A stretch of DNA of 64,000 nt. It comes from Promethearchaeia archaeon (GTDB lineage: Archaea; Asgardarchaeota; Lokiarchaeia; Sigyniarchaeales; SOKP01). The stretch spans positions 9,636 to 73,635 of the forward strand of contig JAWOCD010000028.1 in assembly GCA_046483985.1 (NCBI GenBank), in the 5' to 3' direction. The notes under the pieces are model-generated. The model did no database searches, was not told the DNA's origin, and saw nothing but the letters and a program-made list of their open reading frames with translations. The position numbers and the translations under genes are program-made. Numbering within the stretch: the stretch's first letter is position 1; each line of letters opens with the position of its first letter. Below, one piece after another: positions 10,285 to 18,167 of this stretch.

Positions 10285-10409
10285 TTAACACGATTTCTCA
10301 ATTAAAATTAAAATTGATCACATCATACTAAAAATAGAAACAAAAATATGGTAGTTAAAAATAAAACTCGAAGTGTTGTATTATTCCAAATCCTTTACTT
10401 CTGACTTGC

Positions 10410-11819
10410 ATGAATTGTGATTCCTTGTTTAAACTTGAGAAACTCCAGCACCACTGTCCAAACTGTGGAGGCTTTTTAGTCTTTAGGCCCGAAGCACAGA
10501 CCCTTGAACAGGGATTTTCGGGACTTCAGACCTCCAAAAGTATTTGGGATTATAATTTTAGTTTTCCGGAGATTGATTTGAAATATCGAGTCACATTGGG
10601 AGAAGGGAACACAGAATGTCGCCCCTCAAGAAAATTTGGGGGACTTTTTGATCTGGATAATGTCTACTTCAAATTAGAAACTCAGAATCCAACAAACTCA
10701 TTTAAAGATAGAGCCGCAGCACTCCTAATTGCCCATGCAAGAAGTTGGGACTTTAGTAAAGTTGTTTGTGCCTCTAATGGCAACCAAGGGGCATCAATTG
10801 CTGCCTATGCCTCTCTGGAAGGTATGAATTGCGTTAATATAATTCCGGAGGATATTGATATTGGAAAAAGGGCTCAGATGGTTGCATATGATTCAAAAAT
10901 AAGTGTTAAAGGGAAAACCGTGGATGAAGCACTTAAAGAATCCCTCCGAGAAAAATATGTGAAAAATTTCTATCAATGCACTCCGGAATTTAACCCGCTT
11001 ACCATTGAAGGGCAGAAAACAATTTCTTTCGAGATATTTGACCAAATTGGAGTTCCCGAGTGGATAATTATCCCTATGGGGAGCGGAGGATTGGTTATGA
11101 GCATTTGGAAGGGATTTAAGGAGCTGAAACGAGCGAAAATAATTGATCATTTTCCAAAATTAGTGGGAGTTCAGACTAATGCATGTTCTCCCATTGTAGA
11201 TTCAATTAATGAAAACGTTGATTCGTCCGATATCTCTTACTCCGAAGATCTGGATTCTTATGCATTAGGAATTTTAGTGAGAAATCCTCTTTATTTAAAG
11301 CCTGCCATGGATGCAATAATTGAAACTGGTGGTAAGGCTGTTGCCATACCTGAGAATCTAATGCTAACCAGCTCCGAGGAGCTTGCACGACATGAGGGTA
11401 TCCTCGCCGAACCTTCATCTGCACTTACGGTAGCCGCCTTAAACGTGATGACTCAAAATGATGAAATTTCACCTGCTGATTCGGTTGTCTGTATGATTAC
11501 TGGAAGTGGTTTAAAAACGCCTTATATACTAGATGCGATCTCAACCAGAACTAAAACGGCTGGAATGGGGTCTATTTTATCCACAAAATTAAAAATTCTT
11601 TCACAAATTTCTATATCTGAACACAGAGGGATTAATGGAAGCAAGCTCCAAGAAATTATTGGAAATGTCTCTCTCTCTGCAATTTATCAGCATCTTAAGG
11701 ATTTAGAAGAAAAGAATCTGATCTCTCGTAAAAAGGAAGGTAAAAGTGTATTATATTTCATTACGGAGAGAGGAAAAAAAGTACTCGATGCTCTGGATAT
11801 CTTAATAACGCTTCTTTAA
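10410..11819 (+). CDS. thrC: Threonine synthase (PLP) with N-terminal Zn ribbon and C-terminal winged-HTH
   Basis: TLGEGNT, NPTNSFKDR (PLP Lys), ASNGNQG and TGSGLK. C-terminal SAIYQHLKDL..YFITERG wHTH. True start is probably slightly upstream. Confidence 0.85.
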   Translation: MNCDSLFKLEKLQHHCPNCGGFLVFRPEAQTLEQGFSGLQTSKSIWDYNFSFPEIDLKYRVTLGEGNTECRPSRKFGGLFDLDNVYFKLETQNPTNSFKDRAAALLIAHARSWDFSKVVCASNGNQGASIAAYASLEGMNCVNIIPEDIDIGKRAQMVAYDSKISVKGKTVDEALKESLREKYVKNFYQCTPEFNPLTIEGQKTISFEIFDQIGVPEWIIIPMGSGGLVMSIWKGFKELKRAKIIDHFPKLVGVQTNACSPIVDSINENVDSSDISYSEDLDSYALGILVRNPLYLKPAMDAIIETGGKAVAIPENLMLTSSEELARHEGILAEPSSALTVAALNVMTQNDEISPADSVVCMITGSGLKTPYILDAISTRTKTAGMGSILSTKLKILSQISISEHRGINGSKLQEIIGNVSLSAIYQHLKDLEEKNLISRKKEGKSVLYFITERGKKVLDALDILITLL

Positions 11820-11820
11820 C

Positions 11821-11862
11821 GATCTGCGAAAGAAGTCCCCATCCCTTTAGGGAGGGGATGAA
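11821..11862 (+). repeat. IS200/IS605 left-end-like palindromic repeat (family A)
   Basis: GATCTGCGAAAGAAGTCCCCATCCCTTTAGGGAGGGGATGAA, identical at 25923 and 40724. Preceded by TTAAC. Confidence 0.85.
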
Positions 11863-12095
11863 AACTCTACCTCTTTTATTTTATCGGAAATATACCATGT
11901 TTGTTTGGAAAGCCCTTTCTCCGTTTTTTGTTTATTTTTCCGTGCCATTTTATCACATTCCCGTGGTTCTGGGCCTTCATTTTTTAATCCAATCGGAATG
12001 TCAATGACCATAATTTCGGGATTGGAAATATCTTTCCAGACCAAGATCCAGCCAGCGGAACATCCGTCGATCCCGAAATACTTGTACTTTTCCAT
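11847..12095 (-). pseudogene. DUF429-like (RNase H-like) gene remnant
   Basis: GIDGCSAGW, IDIPIGL and RECD..AR motifs, collapsed into 82 aa. The 3' end runs into the repeat. Confidence 0.65.
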
Positions 12096-12186
12096 TTTAT
12101 TATCACAAAGATCACTAAGGAATAGTTGATTTAAACGTTAATTAGAAAAGAAAAAACTTTCTAATTCTCTGCATATTAACCTTCTT

Positions 12187-12813
12187 CTATTTGAAAACTT
12201 TCTCAAATACACTAGGGATGCTCTCAATGATATTTTGTCTAACTGTACCAACAAAAATTAAGGCCGCAATAGCTCCTACCCCAAATTGAATTAAACCATT
12301 AAGAAATACTTCTAACAACGCAACATTCAATCCAAAGAGTATCATTTCATAAATGAAATAGCCTATTACCATGATCAAGCCTCCAATAACAATTCCTGTA
12401 ATATCCCTAAAGTCAATTCTTTTATGTTTCTTTTTTGGGTTTGAAATCAATCCGACTACTAACCCTTCTAAACCCTTAATAACCAATGTAGCGGGAGCAT
12501 ATAAGGTGTAACCTAGAAAAAGATCAGCAAACATTGAACCCACTCCCCCAGCTAACGCGCCAATGAAAGGTCCAAATAATAAACCCGCACTCATTACCAG
12601 AGCATCTCCAATATTAATAAATCCTTGGGTTGCTGGGACAGGAATTGCAATAAGCATCGTCACAATGCAGATTAATGCAGCAAAAATGCTAGTCACAGCA
12701 ATTGTAACTGGATATATTGGTAAAATATATCCCAAGCGACTTTTTAATTTCGATTCGTATTTTTTTTCTTCATTAGTCTGGTACTGCTCTTTTTCTTTTT
12801 TATCAACCTGCAT
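12187..12813 (-). CDS. ECF transporter S component
   Basis: GFINIGD, FGP..GA, GS..ADL and TLVIKGLEG motifs. Confidence 0.9.
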   Translation of the reverse strand: MQVDKKEKEQYQTNEEKKYESKLKSRLGYILPIYPVTIAVTSIFAALICIVTMLIAIPVPATQGFINIGDALVMSAGLLFGPFIGALAGGVGSMFADLFLGYTLYAPATLVIKGLEGLVVGLISNPKKKHKRIDFRDITGIVIGGLIMVIGYFIYEMILFGLNVALLEVFLNGLIQFGVGAIAALIFVGTVRQNIIESIPSVFEKVFK

Positions 12814-12900
12814 ACTATCTTATATAAGTTCAATCTTATATATAAGTTTTAACTTATATATCTTTAATTTCCAATAAATTTTATACATTTTACCATTAGA

Positions 12901-12939
12901 ATTCGAGAAAGCACCGTCCTTTAGGGCGGGGATGAATCG
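12901..12939 (+). repeat. IS200/IS605 left-end-like palindrome
   Basis: ATTCGAGAAAGCACCGTCCTTTAGGGCGGGGATGAATCG. TTTA loop and GGGGATGAA tail as in family A. Confidence 0.75.
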
Positions 12940-13118
12940 CACATAGATCTATAAGTTTCTTAAAGAGCCACTACAGTAATTACCCGCATTCTTAAATAAT
13001 GGATATAGCAGACCAATAAAAAGTTTAGGAATAAGAAAGTATCTGAAGGTATCTACTGATTACTACATTTCTCTCGAAATATAATAAAAAAGAATAATTT
13101 AAAAAAGAGAATGTTTTT

Positions 13119-13721
13119 TTACTTTTGTTTGAGTTTGTATTTTTGATAACGTCGGTAGATTAAAATTTCGAATAAAATTATCAGCATTGCGGTGAATGTA
13201 ATCATTATCCCAAGATTGGCAAAATCGGTCCCTCTCAATACCCCATGAAAATAGGCAAAAATTAATGCTACATAAATGAATCCATGAAGAATACGCCATA
13301 TTTTAGGAGAAAAGTATTTCCTTACAACGGCAATCAAGGCAGAAAAATAAATAATATATAACGCTATTGGTCCTGCACCCGCCCAAAATGAGACCCAATC
13401 TTCAAAGGCTGGGATAAATAATGCAAGTGTTCCCCATTGGATAGCCATTGTAATTGGATGCAACGTGACTAAAATTACTCCAGTTACCGAAAAAACATGA
13501 TGTATATTAAGAAATGAAGTTCCAAAACTTTTAGTTATTTGTTTCATGAGGGAGGTAGTTAAGGCAGCTAAAAATAGCGACGTATACCCAAGTAACACAC
13601 CTAAACGTATAATGGTTGCAGAAAAACCACCGGGATTTCCAAAAAAATATAATAAAGTTATCCATGCATAAAGAGAGACTATTAACCCGATAAAATAAAA
13701 TCCTTTTTTAGTAATTTGCAT
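13119..13721 (-). CDS. Ferric-reductase-like transmembrane (heme-binding) protein
   Basis: Six TM segments with His pairs (IHH..LH, WRILH..FH). Confidence 0.75.
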   Translation of the reverse strand: MQITKKGFYFIGLIVSLYAWITLLYFFGNPGGFSATIIRLGVLLGYTSLFLAALTTSLMKQITKSFGTSFLNIHHVFSVTGVILVTLHPITMAIQWGTLALFIPAFEDWVSFWAGAGPIALYIIYFSALIAVVRKYFSPKIWRILHGFIYVALIFAYFHGVLRGTDFANLGIMITFTAMLIILFEILIYRRYQKYKLKQK

Positions 13722-13754
13722 ATTTTAATATGATAAAAACTTAATATAATTTAT

Positions 13755-13800
13755 CAAAAAAGCAAAAGAAATCTCTCTCCTTTAGGATGGAGAAGTTCGG
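13755..13800 (+). repeat. Minimal single-hairpin element (family B)
   Basis: TTTAT|CAAAAAAGCAAAAGAAATCTCTCTCC-TTTA-GGATGGAGAAGTTC, co-linear with 50925-50971. Confidence 0.6.
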
Positions 13801-13902
13801 AGTAGTGATATTTGGAACTTGGCTAATTATTACAAAAGATAAGCCTATTTTGATAAAAATAAGGAAGTTGCTCCTATACAGACCAATTTGAAATCTCTTT
13901 CG

Positions 13903-14820
13903 CTACATTCGCATCCTACAACTTCTTATCTCCTCAGAGTGGGTTGGCTGGATAGTTGTTTCAAAGATCGCAAACTCATCAAATAGGAAATCATTTATTC
14001 GTGCAATAATCTCATCTTGATCTACCCCTTCCTCTAATCTTATATGTGTTGAAAGAACCGTAATATCCGGGGTAATTGTCCAAATATGGGTATCATAAGC
14101 CTCTAAAACGTTTTTAAATTCCTTTTTTAAACTCTGCTCGATCATTTCCACATTTACTCCTTTTGGGGCGATTTCCAGAAGAATTCTTGACGAATCTTTC
14201 AAGATACCCCATGCCCAATAGATAATAATTCCCGCAATGACAAAACTGACCAAAGGATCGAAGATCCACCATCCTGTATAGGCAATTAGGATGGAAACAA
14301 AGACAATTCCTATTGAAGAAGCAGCATCTCCGATCATATGATAAAAGACACCCTTGACATTGATATCTCTTTCATAACTCCCTTGTAAAATTATTATACT
14401 GGTAATATTTACCCCTAAACCTACGAGAGCAATGATTAACATGTAAAAACTATCGATCTCCAAGGGATTTAATAACCGCAAAATTCCCTCATATATGATA
14501 AGTCCCACCATGACAAGGAGAAATAATCCGTTTATAAAAGCTGCCAAGACTTCTGCTCGGTAAAGTCCATAGGTCTTATGATGGCAAACTGGTTGTTTTG
14601 TAAGATATATTGCAAATAGACTAATACTTATCGCGAACGCATGAGTAAACATATGTCCAGCATCACTAATTAAAGCAATACTGTTTGTAATAATCCCTCC
14701 GATAATTTCCAGAACCATCACGGTCAATGTAATGGTTAATGAGAGAATTAGCCGCTTTTTATGTGTTTGCTTATAACGAAATAGCTCTCGTAAATTGTTT
14801 TTTGCTTCCTTTCCCACCAT
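13903..14820 (-). CDS. Cation diffusion facilitator (CzcD/ZitB-like)
   Basis: SIALISDAGHM, TYGLYRAEVLAA and HMIGD motifs. Confidence 0.92.
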   Translation of the reverse strand: MVGKEAKNNLRELFRYKQTHKKRLILSLTITLTVMVLEIIGGIITNSIALISDAGHMFTHAFAISISLFAIYLTKQPVCHHKTYGLYRAEVLAAFINGLFLLVMVGLIIYEGILRLLNPLEIDSFYMLIIALVGLGVNITSIIILQGSYERDINVKGVFYHMIGDAASSIGIVFVSILIAYTGWWIFDPLVSFVIAGIIIYWAWGILKDSSRILLEIAPKGVNVEMIEQSLKKEFKNVLEAYDTHIWTITPDITVLSTHIRLEEGVDQDEIIARINDFLFDEFAIFETTIQPTHSEEIRSCRMRM

Positions 14821-15079
14821 AATAATCCTTTATTGTCAATATGTTTGTTTGATATTAAGGATCTTTCTTTTAATATTATATTAACGAAAAACCAATTTTA
14901 AGATTCCATTTATAACATATAAGGAAATCGGTTTCATTGGTTTTCAAAGTTTTCAACTTTCCATTGGCATTGCGGGCAAAAATAACCATACCGACTGGAA
15001 CTCTTGAAAATAGTTCTGATTATTTCGCTCAGGATTCTTTTATAAGTGGTTTGACACTACTCTATACGTTTTTTTGCTC

Positions 15080-16576
15080 TTATCCCACTCGAGGCCATGC
15101 CTTTTGCTTTAATTCTGGATCTGGGGGATATTTGGGCTTTTGTGCTTTTTTAACAGAACGAAGCTCTTTTTTATTGACATGATATTTTAGATCTTTAATT
15201 TCACTATAGGTTGGAATTGATTCGGAAAATTGTGGCAGCCATTTTTGTTCATAATATAATATATTATGCATCATCTGTTCAATTTTCTCCTCGTCTTCAA
15301 TAAATTGGCACATAGGATCAGCCAATAAAGATTCTAACAGATCTTCTGGATTTCCAGATAAAGCTGCATCAACGATTAATTGCTGATTTTCTGCATGAAG
15401 CTTTACTAACTCATTGATATCGGAAGGCAATGCTCCGATGTCTGCTTTATGAATTTTTTTATCCTGAAAGTAGCAAGGAATTTCAACCACGCAATTATCG
15501 GGCAATGAGGAAATGGCTCCATTATTCATAATGTTACACACATGATGGTTCGGCAAGTTTCTTTCCCTATGTTTTGCCATAAGCAGCGCCTTTTCCCCTC
15601 CTTCCATTGGTCTTAAGAATAATTTTACAAACCACCGGTTTCTATTTTTTGCACCCCATTGAATAAGATCATATACTAATCCCCGATACCAGTGTAAACG
15701 CTTTACTTGACGTAGTTTAGTCATACCGAATGGACCATCTTGGTAATTGAAAAAATTATAATATTTTGGTAAAAATTCTCCGACATGTCGATCTTCTACA
15801 TAGTTAAAATATCCATACTTTTTCAGTAAATAATAATTAAACGGGCGCCCGAAATTTCCCGATTCATAAGCATAGGATGCTGCATCTCGTAACTGGGGAT
15901 ATATATCTTTTCCCCCATATTTGATATCAGTAATCCACGCAAAATGATTTACTCCTCCGTAAAGAACCTCAAATCTCTCTTGTGTAGAGGTATCTACTCC
16001 TGCATATTTTAAAAAGCGAGCAAATTCTTTAGAGCCCACATAGAAAAATTCATGGCATAATCCAATCGATTGAAGTTGGGGTTCTGCTTGAATTGCGCTG
16101 AGCATTAAAGTTCCTTGTGGATTGGTATAGTTTAGGACTGTAGCGTTGGGGGCTAATTCATAAATGTCTCTAATAATCTTAATTAAAACTGGGATGGTGC
16201 GGACAGCTCGAAAAATGCCCCCGGGTCCCACCGTATCTCCCGTATTTTGAGGAATGCCAAATTTCAAGGGAATGTGAATATCATACCAATCTGTCTGTTG
16301 GATTCCCACCGAGATGGAAATTAATACATAATCCGCATTTGGGAGTGCCTTTCTACGATCGGTGGTGAGATGTAACTCGATATCTTTATGCTGCATATAA
16401 ATAATTTGTCTTAATGCCCTCCCCATAAATTTTAGTGAGTTTACATTAATATCGACCAACCATAATTCAACGGGATGGAAATATTTCGCAAAATCTAAAA
16501 TATTCAAGGCACATGGGATGGTAAATCGAAATGAGCCTGCGCCTATATAGACTATTTTATATTTTTTCGGGCTCAT
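15080..16576 (-). CDS. Family 4 glycoside hydrolase (NAD-dependent alpha-galactosidase/glucosidase-like)
   Basis: IGAGS, DTVGPGG, NYTNP, GLCHE and GVNHFAW motifs. Confidence 0.9.
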   Translation of the reverse strand: MSPKKYKIVYIGAGSFRFTIPCALNILDFAKYFHPVELWLVDINVNSLKFMGRALRQIIYMQHKDIELHLTTDRRKALPNADYVLISISVGIQQTDWYDIHIPLKFGIPQNTGDTVGPGGIFRAVRTIPVLIKIIRDIYELAPNATVLNYTNPQGTLMLSAIQAEPQLQSIGLCHEFFYVGSKEFARFLKYAGVDTSTQERFEVLYGGVNHFAWITDIKYGGKDIYPQLRDAASYAYESGNFGRPFNYYLLKKYGYFNYVEDRHVGEFLPKYYNFFNYQDGPFGMTKLRQVKRLHWYRGLVYDLIQWGAKNRNRWFVKLFLRPMEGGEKALLMAKHRERNLPNHHVCNIMNNGAISSLPDNCVVEIPCYFQDKKIHKADIGALPSDINELVKLHAENQQLIVDAALSGNPEDLLESLLADPMCQFIEDEEKIEQMMHNILYYEQKWLPQFSESIPTYSEIKDLKYHVNKKELRSVKKAQKPKYPPDPELKQKAWPRVG

Positions 16577-17655
16577 TAAGTCTTTAAGTCTACTATTAAT
16601 TTTAAAAGTTTAGGATTGATGGTTAATATCTTTAAGAGGGTAATATAATTATCGGTAGAGAGGATTTCATCGCTTTTGGTAGTATTTTCTCCATTTTTAG
16701 CTCGTTTCTGGGGATGTGCTGCCTCATTACGCAAATCTGAAATTTTAATCCCTTCCACCGTAAAAAAATTATGATTAAATAGCGTTTTTGAAATTAAGAG
16801 TACATTTTCATATTTTTCTCCAAATCGTTTTTTTAAAAATTCAGCGAACCGGGTAAACAAAGGGGTATGCCTCCGAATTTTTTTATCAGTGAGATTTAAT
16901 AAGAAAAAAGGGATATTACCGAAAGTCAAATGCCGTTTCTCCTGCAGATAGTTTTTGAAATTATAGTAGGTCCTTTGCCGGGGGTCTGATCCGCCGGAGG
17001 CAAATGGTTGTTTTATCCTAAAAAACGAGAGTTTATCTTCGGATCCTTGCAAATATTTTTTAAATGGTTCAAAAATCGCTACTTTCAATTCTCGTTCGAT
17101 CCCTTTACACACGTTAACAATTGCATTTGCAATATTATTCGCCCTGACGCTTGTTTCTGCTTGTTTAAAATCCCTCCGTGTTGAGCCTTCCAATTCATTC
17201 CATATTTCATCATTGATGATATATTGTCTGAGGAACTTTTCTACCTGCAATAATGAGAGTTTTTCAAGAACCACTATAGCTAAAAGAAAAATTAAAGGGA
17301 GAATACAGACAACAAAACCAATTGTCTCCTTGGGCTCGATGATGATATAATATAAGCAAGAAAGAATTCCTAAAAAAAAGCTAAAAATTACTTGAGAAAA
17401 AAAGGTGAAATATTCTTGGAAACCGAGTTCCACAATATTTCTCCGTGCAATTATATAAAAATAGATTAATCCCCCGAGATAAATGAACAATAAAATGAAC
17501 GCATATAGTCCAATTGCCTCATTTGTGGGAAAATTAATTAAAAAGTCATAATATCCTAAGAGAACCAATACTATAATCTCAAAAATTAAGAAATTTTCGT
17601 TCTCTCTCGGATTAAGTGTTTCTTTTAAATTCGCTAAGGTTTTCTTTACATGCAT
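16576..17655 (-). CDS. 4-TM membrane protein with C-terminal HEPN-like domain
   Basis: N-terminal TM helices, CKGIERELK helix and RNEAAH (RxxxxH). TAATG overlap with the GH4 gene. Confidence 0.65.
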   Translation of the reverse strand: MHVKKTLANLKETLNPRENENFLIFEIIVLVLLGYYDFLINFPTNEAIGLYAFILLFIYLGGLIYFYIIARRNIVELGFQEYFTFFSQVIFSFFLGILSCLYYIIIEPKETIGFVVCILPLIFLLAIVVLEKLSLLQVEKFLRQYIINDEIWNELEGSTRRDFKQAETSVRANNIANAIVNVCKGIERELKVAIFEPFKKYLQGSEDKLSFFRIKQPFASGGSDPRQRTYYNFKNYLQEKRHLTFGNIPFFLLNLTDKKIRRHTPLFTRFAEFLKKRFGEKYENVLLISKTLFNHNFFTVEGIKISDLRNEAAHPQKRAKNGENTTKSDEILSTDNYITLLKILTINPKLLKLIVDLKT

Positions 17656-17868
17656 ATATTAGCCTAATAAGTTTAGAATTATTCTTTTGTTCATCTAAAC
17701 ATTTAATTATTTTTATAATTTAAAAATAAAATAAAAAAAATTGTACTTAAGTTTTAAGGGTTATTTTAAGTAGGTAAAAATTATATACAAAAAGATTTAT
17801 TATTTTGTAAGATAATATCAAAGTATAAAGAAAAAATTTTCTAAAAGTTATTTTAAAATTGATAAAAG

Positions 17869-18030
17869 ATGTCAGAATCAGATAGACAATCAGTAGAGTA
17901 TTTCTTAGAATGGATTAACAATGGAGGCTTAAATGACTGGATAGAACATTTCTTGAATCAAGGAGATGAACAAAAACTAAGAGAAATTAAACAAGTTTTT
18001 GATAAAATTAAGGAAATCTTTGGATTTTAA
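17869..18030 (+). CDS. Small 53-aa helical protein
   Basis: Below the ORF-track cutoff: MSESDRQSVEYFLEWINNGGLNDWIEHFLNQGDEQKLREIKQVFDKIKEIFGF. Sits in an otherwise empty gap with AT-rich upstream and T-rich downstream. Confidence 0.65.
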   Translation: MSESDRQSVEYFLEWINNGGLNDWIEHFLNQGDEQKLREIKQVFDKIKEIFGF

Positions 18031-18167
18031 CTTATAACGGAAGAATTATACAAATAATTTTATCATTTTCATACTTCTTATTTCCTTTATTTCTTTTTCG
18101 GAAAATATTGTATTTCTCCAATTCCTAATTTAATAAAATCTAATTACTTTATATATATTGAGAGACT

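Noticed and set aside
12821-12860. TATATAAGTT repeats/inverted repeat as an operator
   Set aside because: The same word occurs at 8100, at TATA-box distance from another gene. It is best explained as BRE/TATA in AT-rich DNA.
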